Below are positions 35,043 through 41,983 of a DNA stretch of 58,610 bases, piece by piece. The DNA lies in assembly GCA_964646485.1 (NCBI GenBank), contig CAZYEA010000001.1, positions 1 through 58,610 on the forward strand, written 5' to 3'. The position numbers and the translations under genes are program-made. The stretch is from an uncultured Acidobacteriota bacterium. Lineage in GTDB: Bacteria; Acidobacteriota; Vicinamibacteria; Fen-336; JAGNNV01. Positions within the stretch are counted from its first letter, which is position 1. Each line of letters begins with the position of its first letter. A model generated the notes under the pieces. The model was not told where the DNA came from and ran no database searches. It saw nothing but the letters and a program-made list of their open reading frames with translations.

Positions 35043-35984
35043 TCAACGAAGAGTGGCTCCAGGGGGAGGGGGAGCGGCTTCGGCCGTTTCGGGCCGATCC
35101 AGGCCTTTGAGGCCGTCCGCCAGGAACCGCTTCAGGAGATCGGTAACGGAGTCGGCTTCTTCGTGCTGGACCCAGTGGCTCGCGTTCTCGAACAGAACGA
35201 GACGCCCACGGTCGCACAGCTCCAGGCTTGGGGCCACCATCTCGCGACCGAGGGCCGGATCGCGCGCGCCCCAGATCACGAGCGTCTCCACGGGAACCCG
35301 CGTCTCTCCGAACGGGCGCGCGGCTCCGCGGATCGCGGCGCGATACCAGTTCACCATGGAACGCATCGCCCCGGGCTCAGCCCACGCCTCGCGGTAGCGA
35401 GTCAGGTCCTCGTCGGTGAAGGCGCCGGCGCGGCCCGTCGCCCGCAAGACGCGGGAGGCCACGCGTCCGCTCCGTATCGAGAACGCCGCCTCGGCGAGCC
35501 ACGGGACCTGACACAGGAAGATGTACCAGCTGCGCCCGATCTGGCGAGGGTTGGTCAGGAGGTGACGCCGCATTACGAAGGGGTGGGGTACGTTCAGGAT
35601 GGCCAGCCGTTCCAGCCGGCTGGGATGATGCGAGCCGAGCCACCAGGCCACGGCGGCGCCCCAGTCGTGCCCCACCACCGTCGCGCGATCCCGCCCCGCG
35701 TCGTCGATCAGGGCGAGCACGTCACCGGCCAGCCGCTCGATGCGGTAATCGGCAACGCGCCGCGGCTTGTCGCTCGTGTTGTAGCCGCGCTGATCGGGCA
35801 CCAGGACTCTGTAGCCTGCCGCGGCCAGGGGTGCGATCTGGCGGCGCCACCCGTACCAGAATTCCGGGAATCCATGGAGCAGGACCACCAACGGACCGTC
35901 CGCGGGGCCGGCCTCGACCACGTGAAGGGACACGCCGTCCGATCGGACAAAGCGGTCCCGCAGGCCTTCGGTGGAACTGAGCAT
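35043..35984 (-). CDS. alpha/beta hydrolase, epoxide-hydrolase-like
   Basis: Trimmed to ATG 35984; 'LLHGFPEFWYGWRRQI' oxyanion block, 'VVGHDWGAAVAW' nucleophile elbow (Asp type), C-terminal 'ASHWVQHE'. Confidence 0.85.
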   Translation of the reverse strand: MLSSTEGLRDRFVRSDGVSLHVVEAGPADGPLVVLLHGFPEFWYGWRRQIAPLAAAGYRVLVPDQRGYNTSDKPRRVADYRIERLAGDVLALIDDAGRDRATVVGHDWGAAVAWWLGSHHPSRLERLAILNVPHPFVMRRHLLTNPRQIGRSWYIFLCQVPWLAEAAFSIRSGRVASRVLRATGRAGAFTDEDLTRYREAWAEPGAMRSMVNWYRAAIRGAARPFGETRVPVETLVIWGARDPALGREMVAPSLELCDRGRLVLFENASHWVQHEEADSVTDLLKRFLADGLKGLDRPETAEAAPPPPGATLR

Positions 35985-36054
35985 CCGCGCGAACTCTACG
36001 TCCGACCGCCTCGGGCGCGCCGTCTCTTCCAGAGACCGCGCGGAGACCGCGCCA

Positions 36055-36642
36055 TCAGCTGGGCAAAAGTACGGAGTCGATGACGTGGATAACCCCGTTC
36101 GCACACAAGACGTCGGGTTTGACCACGCGCGCGTTCCCGACCTTGCCCTGGCTCAGGTCGAGGCTCAGGGTGCGGCCTTCGAGGGTGCGAAGCGAGGCCA
36201 CCGAGGCCAGATCCGCGCTGGTCAGGCGGCCACGCACCACGTGGAATTTGAGTACCTTGGCCAACTCGATGGGGTCTTTCAGGAGGCCTTGCAGGGACTC
36301 GGCTGGAACCCTGGCGAACGCGTCGTCGCCGGGGGCGAAGACGGTGAAGGGCCCGGCGCCCTCGAGCGCCGAGTCCAGCCCGGCCGCTCTCAGCGCACCC
36401 AGCAGGCTGGAGAAGACCCCGGCGGTTTGCGCGGTTTCGACCACGTTCCTGGCCCGGGGACGCGCCGCACCCGCTTCCGGAGCGCACGCCTGGGGGGCGG
36501 AGGGATCGGCCGTTTTGGACGGCAGGCCCATGAAGGCGCCGTGGCCCGACCAGGACCACGCCGCGCGGCCCATTCTCGCCATGGTCATGAACGGCATCAC
36601 CGGAACGGAAAGGCACATCCTGTTGCTTCTTCGCATGTCCAA
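36055..36642 (-). CDS. fasciclin (FAS1) domain protein, secreted
   Basis: 'FTVFAPGDDAF', 'LKFHVV', 'NGVIHVIDSVLLP' FAS1 blocks; exact start (36642 or downstream Met codons) uncertain. Confidence 0.8.
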   Translation of the reverse strand: MDMRRSNRMCLSVPVMPFMTMARMGRAAWSWSGHGAFMGLPSKTADPSAPQACAPEAGAARPRARNVVETAQTAGVFSSLLGALRAAGLDSALEGAGPFTVFAPGDDAFARVPAESLQGLLKDPIELAKVLKFHVVRGRLTSADLASVASLRTLEGRTLSLDLSQGKVGNARVVKPDVLCANGVIHVIDSVLLPS

Positions 36643-36690
36643 ATGTCTCCCTTGAGCAGTTGAGGTATCCGTGGTCAGTCTCGAGGCCGG

Positions 36691-36740
36691 AGATTACCCG
36701 GACTAGCAGATTCTGTCAAGTTTTTGAGTAGATATTGACA
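36691..36740. promoter_or_regulatory. candidate divergent promoter core: TGTCAA-N15-TTGACA inverted -35-like hexamers in the most AT-rich stretch of the window
   Basis: TGTCAA 36714-36719 and TTGACA 36735-36740. For the minus-strand gene a TAATCT -10-like hexamer (complement of 36691-36696) lies 17 nt from its -35. I found no good -10 for the plus strand. Confidence 0.25.
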
Positions 36741-36866
36741 AGATTCGGAACAGCGCTTGAGGGTGAGGCAGGTGCCATCGGGCTGGCTGTATGCTGCACA
36801 GAACCGGCCAAATGGCCGGGGCGGTCCGGCGCCGAAACGCCGCGGCAACAGAGAGGAAGGCGGACG

Positions 36867-37127
36867 ATGGGATGGAAGATCTGGGTCGGCACGATTCTCA
36901 ACTTCTTTCTACTGGGACCTGGCTATTTGCTCTTCACCCCGAGAAATGTGCTTGGGGCTTTCCTGACCATAGGCGCGCTCCTCGCCACCTGGGTCGAGCA
37001 GGTGCCCCTCAAGGCCCTTCCCGACCAGACCCCCTTTGGCGTCATGTTCGCGGCCTTCTTCTCGCTGGCTCTGGGCTGCGCCATCGACGGTTACCAGGAG
37101 ATCAAGAAGGCGCAAGCCTCCGCGTGA
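36867..37127 (+). CDS. small membrane protein (2-3 predicted TM helices)
   Basis: Trimmed to ATG 36867 with GAGAGGAAGG Shine-Dalgarno; hydrophobic 'IWVGTILNFFLLGPGYLLF','LGAFLTIGALLATWV','VMFAAFFSLALGCAI'. Confidence 0.5.
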   Translation: MGWKIWVGTILNFFLLGPGYLLFTPRNVLGAFLTIGALLATWVEQVPLKALPDQTPFGVMFAAFFSLALGCAIDGYQEIKKAQASA

Positions 37128-37149
37128 GGGCGGGGGGGAGGGCCTTTCG

Positions 37150-38145
37150 GTGATCCGTTACGCGGCGGCGGCCTGCCAGACCCAGCTGCCGAACCCGGTC
37201 GGGCGCCAGGAGATGCGGGGCAACACCGACCGGATGCTGTCGATGATCGACTCCGCGGTGGCGGGCGCCGCGCCCTTCCTGCCCGTAAGGCTCGTGGTGT
37301 TCCCCGAGTTCGCTCACGCGGCGCCCGTCTACGTGAGCCTCGCCGAGTTGCGCGAGAAGCTCGCGGTGCCGATTCCGAATGAACACACCGAGCGCCTTCA
37401 GGCCAAGGCGAAGGAGCTCGACATCTACATTCAGAGCGGCTCGATGCTCGAGACCGACCCGAAATACCCCGGGGTGGTGTTCAACACCACGTGTCTGATC
37501 GGGCCCACGGGCATTCTTTACAAGTACCGGAAGGTGAATCCGTGGATCCCCTACGAGGTCCACGCGAGTCCCCACGACCTGCTGCCCGACTACGAGGAGC
37601 CGCTCTTCCCGGTGGCCGATACTCCGATCGGCAAGCTCGGGTGCGCGATCTGCTACGACTGGATCTTCCCCGAGTCGATCCGCCAGCTTTCGGCCAATGG
37701 CGCCGAGGTGCTGATCCGGGTCTCGGCCTACATGGATCCCTGGGGGGCCACCGAACCGATGAACTGGTGGACGCTGGTCAACCGCTGTCGCGCCCTCGAG
37801 AACACGGCTTTCGTGGTGGCCGCGAACCAGGGCGCGTCGCTCCGTCATTACCCGCCCTACTCGTGGCCGGGCGGGAGCATGATCGTCGACTACGACGGGC
37901 GCCTGCTGGCCGAGGCGTCGCCCGGTCCGGGCGAGCGAATCGTGGTGGCCCCCATCGACATCTCTGCACTGCGCCACGAGCGCGAAACCCGTCGAGGCCA
38001 TCACATGCTCGCCCATTTGCGCACGGAGGCCTACCCGGTCTACCGGCGGCGACACTATCCGCCGCCGGGCGACTACGCGCCTGCCTCCGAGCTCAGCTAC
38101 GAGGGCAACAACGAACGGATCGACGCGGCGAAGCGACGCCTCTGA
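37150..38145 (+). CDS. carbon-nitrogen hydrolase (nitrilase superfamily amidase)
   Basis: GTG 37150 after GGGGGAGGG; Glu-Lys-Cys triad context 'LVVFPEF', 'YKYRKVNPW', 'KLGCAICYDWIFPE'. Confidence 0.85.
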   Translation: MIRYAAAACQTQLPNPVGRQEMRGNTDRMLSMIDSAVAGAAPFLPVRLVVFPEFAHAAPVYVSLAELREKLAVPIPNEHTERLQAKAKELDIYIQSGSMLETDPKYPGVVFNTTCLIGPTGILYKYRKVNPWIPYEVHASPHDLLPDYEEPLFPVADTPIGKLGCAICYDWIFPESIRQLSANGAEVLIRVSAYMDPWGATEPMNWWTLVNRCRALENTAFVVAANQGASLRHYPPYSWPGGSMIVDYDGRLLAEASPGPGERIVVAPIDISALRHERETRRGHHMLAHLRTEAYPVYRRRHYPPPGDYAPASELSYEGNNERIDAAKRRL

Positions 38146-38178
38146 CGTCAGGCCGCGTCCCTTGATCAACGGGCGAGA

Positions 38179-38652
38179 TCAGGCGCGGTTCGAGGGCTCG
38201 CGGCCGCCGGTGTCCTGCCAGTCCGCATCGCCCAGAAGGGGCATGCCGAGCGAACGCAGCAACCCGAACAGATCCCAGGCCACCCAGCCCTCGGCGATCC
38301 GGCCATCCCGGATGACGAAGTAGTCGATCCCGGTCGTGGCGACCGAGCGGCCAATGGCTTCGGGCAGGAAGAGCGCCCCGGTGTGCACCCCTTTGCCTTC
38401 CCAGCGGGCCGACACGCGGTCGTGTTCGGCGATGGTGTCCCGGATCTGCATACGGATTCCCGCGAAGGTCTCTCGATAGAGCAGGAGGAGTTGCTTCAGG
38501 GCCTCCGGACCGACGACAAAATCAGTCTGAAACGGCACCCGCGCCTCGATCCGGCAGTCCTTGGTCAGGATCTGATCGGCGATCTCGAGACGGCCGGTGT
38601 TCCACAGTTCCTCGCGAAAGAGGCGGGCGAGCTCGCGGTTCTCTTCGTGCAT
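38179..38652 (-). CDS. SnoaL-like / ester-cyclase-like (NTF2 fold) protein
   Basis: 157 aa; 'NRELARLFREELWNTGRLEIADQILTKDC', 'HDRVSARWEGKGVHTG', 'GIDYFVIRDGRIAEGW' pattern. Confidence 0.7.
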   Translation of the reverse strand: MHEENRELARLFREELWNTGRLEIADQILTKDCRIEARVPFQTDFVVGPEALKQLLLLYRETFAGIRMQIRDTIAEHDRVSARWEGKGVHTGALFLPEAIGRSVATTGIDYFVIRDGRIAEGWVAWDLFGLLRSLGMPLLGDADWQDTGGREPSNRA

Positions 38653-38694
38653 TTCTTGGGGGCGCTCCTCGCGGAATCGTAACAGGCCTCCACC

Positions 38695-39330
38695 TCACCC
38701 ACCCCTCGGATACTCCAATCGGAAGGCCTGCTTGGCGCCGGGCGGCGCCTCACTCAGCAGGCTCAGGCTCGTCTCGGCAGGCAGTTCGATCGCCTTCGCG
38801 ACGCTCTCGGTGATCAGAATTTCATGGGCTTTCGCGGTGTCCTCGCCGAGCTTGCACGCGGCATTGACTTCCGCGCCGAAGATCTCGCTCTCGGAAATGC
38901 GCAGGACGTCGCCGTAGCCGATGCCGATGCACAGCAAGACCTTGTCCTCGGGGGCCTGGGTGGCGCTGCGCCGCTGGCAGGCCCGCTGCATGGCGATCGC
39001 GCTGCGCACCGCGTCGTCCGGGTTCCGATAGATCACCATGAGGCTGTCCCCCTCGGTCTTCAGCAGAATGCCATTGCCGTACTGAATCACCGGGGCGAGG
39101 AGCCGATGCGATTCATAGATGGTCTGCAGGAAGTGGATGACCCCGAATTCGGCCACGCGGCGAGAGAATCCTGAAAGGTCGGTGTAGAGCACCGCCCACT
39201 TCTCGCCGAAGAGGTTCCAGATGCGACGGTCGATGCGCTCCTTGTTGGCGCCGTCTGAAAGTCTCTCCTCGATCAGCAACTCCAGCCGATCGACGGAGGC
39301 CCGCGAGATGATGGTGCGCGTGAAGGACAT
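38695..39330 (-). CDS. class III adenylate/guanylate cyclase catalytic domain protein (stand-alone)
   Basis: 211 aa; 'AVLYTDLSGFS' and 'KTEGDSLMV' metal-Asp blocks, 'IGIGYGDV', 'IFGAEVNAACKL'. Confidence 0.8.
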   Translation of the reverse strand: MSFTRTIISRASVDRLELLIEERLSDGANKERIDRRIWNLFGEKWAVLYTDLSGFSRRVAEFGVIHFLQTIYESHRLLAPVIQYGNGILLKTEGDSLMVIYRNPDDAVRSAIAMQRACQRRSATQAPEDKVLLCIGIGYGDVLRISESEIFGAEVNAACKLGEDTAKAHEILITESVAKAIELPAETSLSLLSEAPPGAKQAFRLEYPRGG

Positions 39331-39406
39331 TCTGGGTCTCCAAAACGCCGGCTTCGATTCGGTTCGGCGGGCCGGCAGCGAGTCTCGACCCTAGGTTAAC
39401 CCGCGG

Positions 39407-40036
39407 CTATGGCCGGGCCAGCCCGACGATCAGCAACCGGGTCACCATCCGAGTCAGGGTCTCCGCGTCGACCGTTCCCGCCGCCGCGAGCTCTCGGCGA
39501 TCGAGGAGACGCTCGATCAGAATTCCAGCGAGGCCGTGAGCGATCGACCAGCAGGCGAGGGCGAGCCCGAGCGGCTCTTCCTGCCGCAGCGCCCCGCTCG
39601 CCTGCCCCTTGAAGATCTCCGTGGCGAGTTCAGTGAAGGCGGCCATGGCGGTCTCCTCCGCGGTGGGGCTCGCGGGGGCCCTCGTCAACTCCCGGGAAAA
39701 CATGATCCGGAAGTGCGAGGGATGGGCGACCGCGAATCCGACGTACCCAACGCCTATGGCGGAAAGGCGCGACGAGGCGTCCGGGCCGGCTTCGCGCAGA
39801 CTGGCGAGGATCTGCTGGTGCATCGCGCGGAACCCCTCTTCCCCCACCGCCAGCAGAAGCTCGTTCTTGTCCGCGAAGTGCCTATAGGGTGCCGCCTGGC
39901 TCACCCCCGCGAGTCGGCCCGCCTCGCGCATAGTGAGGCCCGCGATCCCCTTCTCCGCGACGAGCTTGAGGGCGACGTCGATCAGGGCGCGACGAAGATC
40001 TCCGTGGTGGTACGGCCCGGTCTTCTTACCCTTCAC
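39407..40036 (-). CDS. TetR/AcrR family transcriptional regulator
   Basis: HTH 'LTMREAGRLAGVSQAAPYRHFADKNELL'. I prefer GTG 40036 (GAGG 6 nt upstream); the ORF-track start TTG 40075 is the alternative. Confidence 0.85.
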   Translation of the reverse strand: MKGKKTGPYHHGDLRRALIDVALKLVAEKGIAGLTMREAGRLAGVSQAAPYRHFADKNELLLAVGEEGFRAMHQQILASLREAGPDASSRLSAIGVGYVGFAVAHPSHFRIMFSRELTRAPASPTAEETAMAAFTELATEIFKGQASGALRQEEPLGLALACWSIAHGLAGILIERLLDRRELAAAGTVDAETLTRMVTRLLIVGLARP

Positions 40037-40141
40037 TATGAGCCTCAGGCTAGAAGTCTGCACGGGAGAAAGCAACAGAAACTACCTGGCTCAGAGGGCC
40101 CGAAGGGCTTAGTAAACCGACAGATGGAATCGAAATCCATG

Positions 40142-40172
40142 TTGACAGTCAAAACATTTGCCGGTATGTTTT
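40142..40172 (+). promoter_or_regulatory. sigma70-like promoter (TTGACA-17 nt-TATGTT) overlapped by a 7-bp inverted repeat (AAAACAT-N8-ATGTTTT), candidate TetR operator
   Basis: TTGACA 40142-40147, TATGTT 40165-40170, inverted-repeat arms 40151-40157 and 40166-40172. Sits between the divergent TetR gene and the OMP gene. Confidence 0.4.
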
Positions 40173-40223
40173 CCGCGTAAACAATGTTGTCCCCGTCAAC
40201 ACCAGACTGAGGAACCGACCAAC

Positions 40224-40313
40224 ATGAACCACCCTCTTCGCCGCCTGGCCGCCGCCGCGTTCCTCGGAACCGTGCTGCTGGCTCTCCCGCGCCACGCTTA
40301 CGCCCAAGGCTGA
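40224..40313 (+). other. 29-codon signal-peptide-only ORF ending at an in-frame TGA (40311-40313), directly continuous with the barrel ORF
   Basis: ATG 40224 encodes MNHPLRRLAAAAFLGTVLLALPRHAYAQG, then TGA, then GTG 40314 in the same frame (40314-40224=90). Confidence 0.6.
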
Positions 40314-41327
40314 GTGGCCGCACGATTGGGCACGCCCGTGTTAGGCGTGCAGGGCGGGGGCTATCCCGCGGCCGGTTCGTGGCAGGTGAGTTTCGGTTGG
40401 CGTAACCAGACGTCCGACAAGCATTTCGTCGGCTCGGAGTACCAGGAGGAGCGACTCGAGGATGGAACCGAGGTCGTCAACCACCTCAACCTCGGGGACG
40501 TCAGCGTGAGATACCAGGCGACCACCCACTCCGAGCTGTCGCTTGGGGTTCCGTACCTGATGGCCACGCGCTCGCAGGCGATTCGCAACACCAACACCCA
40601 GCAGATCGTCGAGCGCTACCAGACTCAGGCACGTGGAGTGAGCGACATGATCTTCGCGGCAAGGCGATGGATGCTCGATCCCGAGAAGCACGCGGGTGGG
40701 AACGTGATGCTGGGTCTCGGCGCGAAGCTTCCAACCGGAGACAACAACGTCGTGGATACGTTCAGAGTGTTCTCCGCCACTCCCGCGCCTGCCGGCACAA
40801 TCACGAATGCGGTGCGCACGGTCGATCAGTCGATTCAGCCGGGAGACGGCGGGTTCGGCATTCTGGCGGACGTGAGCGCGTTCAAGAGCCTGGCGAGCGG
40901 GAGAGTGTCGCTCTACGTGAGCGGCGCCTACCTGTCGAACCCGGGCGGGAAGAGCGGGGTTCAAACCTACCGCGGGGGACGGGGCGAGGAAGTGATGTCG
41001 ATCGCGGATCAGTACTCCGTCCGAGGCGGAGCCGCGGTGGCGTTCCCGGGGATCAGCAACCTGTCCTTCAGCGCCGGGGTTCGGTGGGAGGGCGTTCCCG
41101 TGCGCGACCTGATCGGGCCGAGCGATGGGTTCAGGCGTCCCGGCGAAGCGGTCAGCATCGAGCCCGCCCTGAGCTATGTGCGTGGGAAGAACTCGATCTC
41201 GCTCGGCGTTCCGTTCGCGATCTATCGAAACCGGCCTCAGAGCGTGCCGGACATCGCGAGGGGCGCCCACGGGGACGCTGCCTTCGCCGACTATCTCATC
41301 CTGGTCGGCTTCTCCCGACGCTTCTGA
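40314..41327 (+). CDS. outer-membrane beta-barrel protein (MetA-pathway/transporter-like); its own ORF lacks a signal peptide
   Basis: 337 aa; alternating hydrophobic strands, Gly/Tyr/Ser-rich, C-terminal 'LILVGFSRRF' ending in Phe (typical OMP terminus). Family assignment is tentative. Confidence 0.6.
   Translation: MAARLGTPVLGVQGGGYPAAGSWQVSFGWRNQTSDKHFVGSEYQEERLEDGTEVVNHLNLGDVSVRYQATTHSELSLGVPYLMATRSQAIRNTNTQQIVERYQTQARGVSDMIFAARRWMLDPEKHAGGNVMLGLGAKLPTGDNNVVDTFRVFSATPAPAGTITNAVRTVDQSIQPGDGGFGILADVSAFKSLASGRVSLYVSGAYLSNPGGKSGVQTYRGGRGEEVMSIADQYSVRGGAAVAFPGISNLSFSAGVRWEGVPVRDLIGPSDGFRRPGEAVSIEPALSYVRGKNSISLGVPFAIYRNRPQSVPDIARGAHGDAAFADYLILVGFSRRF
40330..40350 (+). other. 7-bp perfect stem-loop (GCACGCC-CGTGTTA-GGCGTGC) 16 nt downstream of the in-frame TGA
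   Basis: Read directly from the sequence; arms 40330-40336 and 40344-40350, 7-nt loop. Confidence 0.5.
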
Positions 41328-41347
41328 CCGGTCAATAGACGCCCCTC

Positions 41348-41926
41348 ATGCGCCACCTCGCCTGTGTCCTCTTCCTGATCGCGCTCGCTGCTCCGGCGAC
41401 CCGGTCGGCGGCCCAGGCGACGGATGACGCTCTCATTCCCCAGGAGAAGCGCGCCGCGGCGCGGAAGTTCGCGCTGCGTGATCTCGAGGGGAAGAAGCGA
41501 CAGCTCGCAGACCTGAAGGGCAAGGTCGTGGTGGTCAACTTCTGGGCGACCTGGTGCGGCCCGTGTCGCCAGGAGATGCCCGCCTTCACGAAGGTCTATG
41601 CCGAATACCGGGAACGCGGAGTCGAGATCGTGGGGGCAGCCAACGAGGAGCGATCGGCTCGGGCCAATGTCACCGCCTTCGTGACCACCCTCGGAATCCA
41701 GTTTCCCATATGGCTCGAGGCCTCCGCGGACCACATGGACGCGTTCGGAGTCGGGCCGGAGCTTCCCGCGACCGTGATCGTCGATCCGCAGGGACGCCTC
41801 GCCGCCCGCATAAAGGGCGTGACCGACGAGGCTCAACTGCGCTCTCTGATCGACCGTTTGTTGCCGCAGGCGGGAGAGGCCCCGCCGTCCGCTCCTCGAG
41901 CGGATCCCACGAAGCACCGCCCCTAG
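41348..41926 (+). CDS. TlpA/ResA-family periplasmic thiol:disulfide oxidoreductase
   Basis: Signal peptide 'LACVLFLIALAAPA'; 'VVVNFWATWCGPCRQEMP' thioredoxin CxxC site. Confidence 0.85.
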   Translation: MRHLACVLFLIALAAPATRSAAQATDDALIPQEKRAAARKFALRDLEGKKRQLADLKGKVVVVNFWATWCGPCRQEMPAFTKVYAEYRERGVEIVGAANEERSARANVTAFVTTLGIQFPIWLEASADHMDAFGVGPELPATVIVDPQGRLAARIKGVTDEAQLRSLIDRLLPQAGEAPPSAPRADPTKHRP

Positions 41927-41983
41927 CGCAGGAGTCGGCCCCCGCCGCCAGGTGCGGCGCGGCCGCCTATCCTTGGGGCGCCC

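Noticed and set aside
38179-39330. Stand-alone class III cyclase as a Pycsar-type antiphage system
   Set aside because: The downstream gene is a SnoaL-like NTF2-fold protein, not a cNMP-binding TM or TIR effector. The upstream gene is a TetR regulator. There is no mobile or defence-island context.
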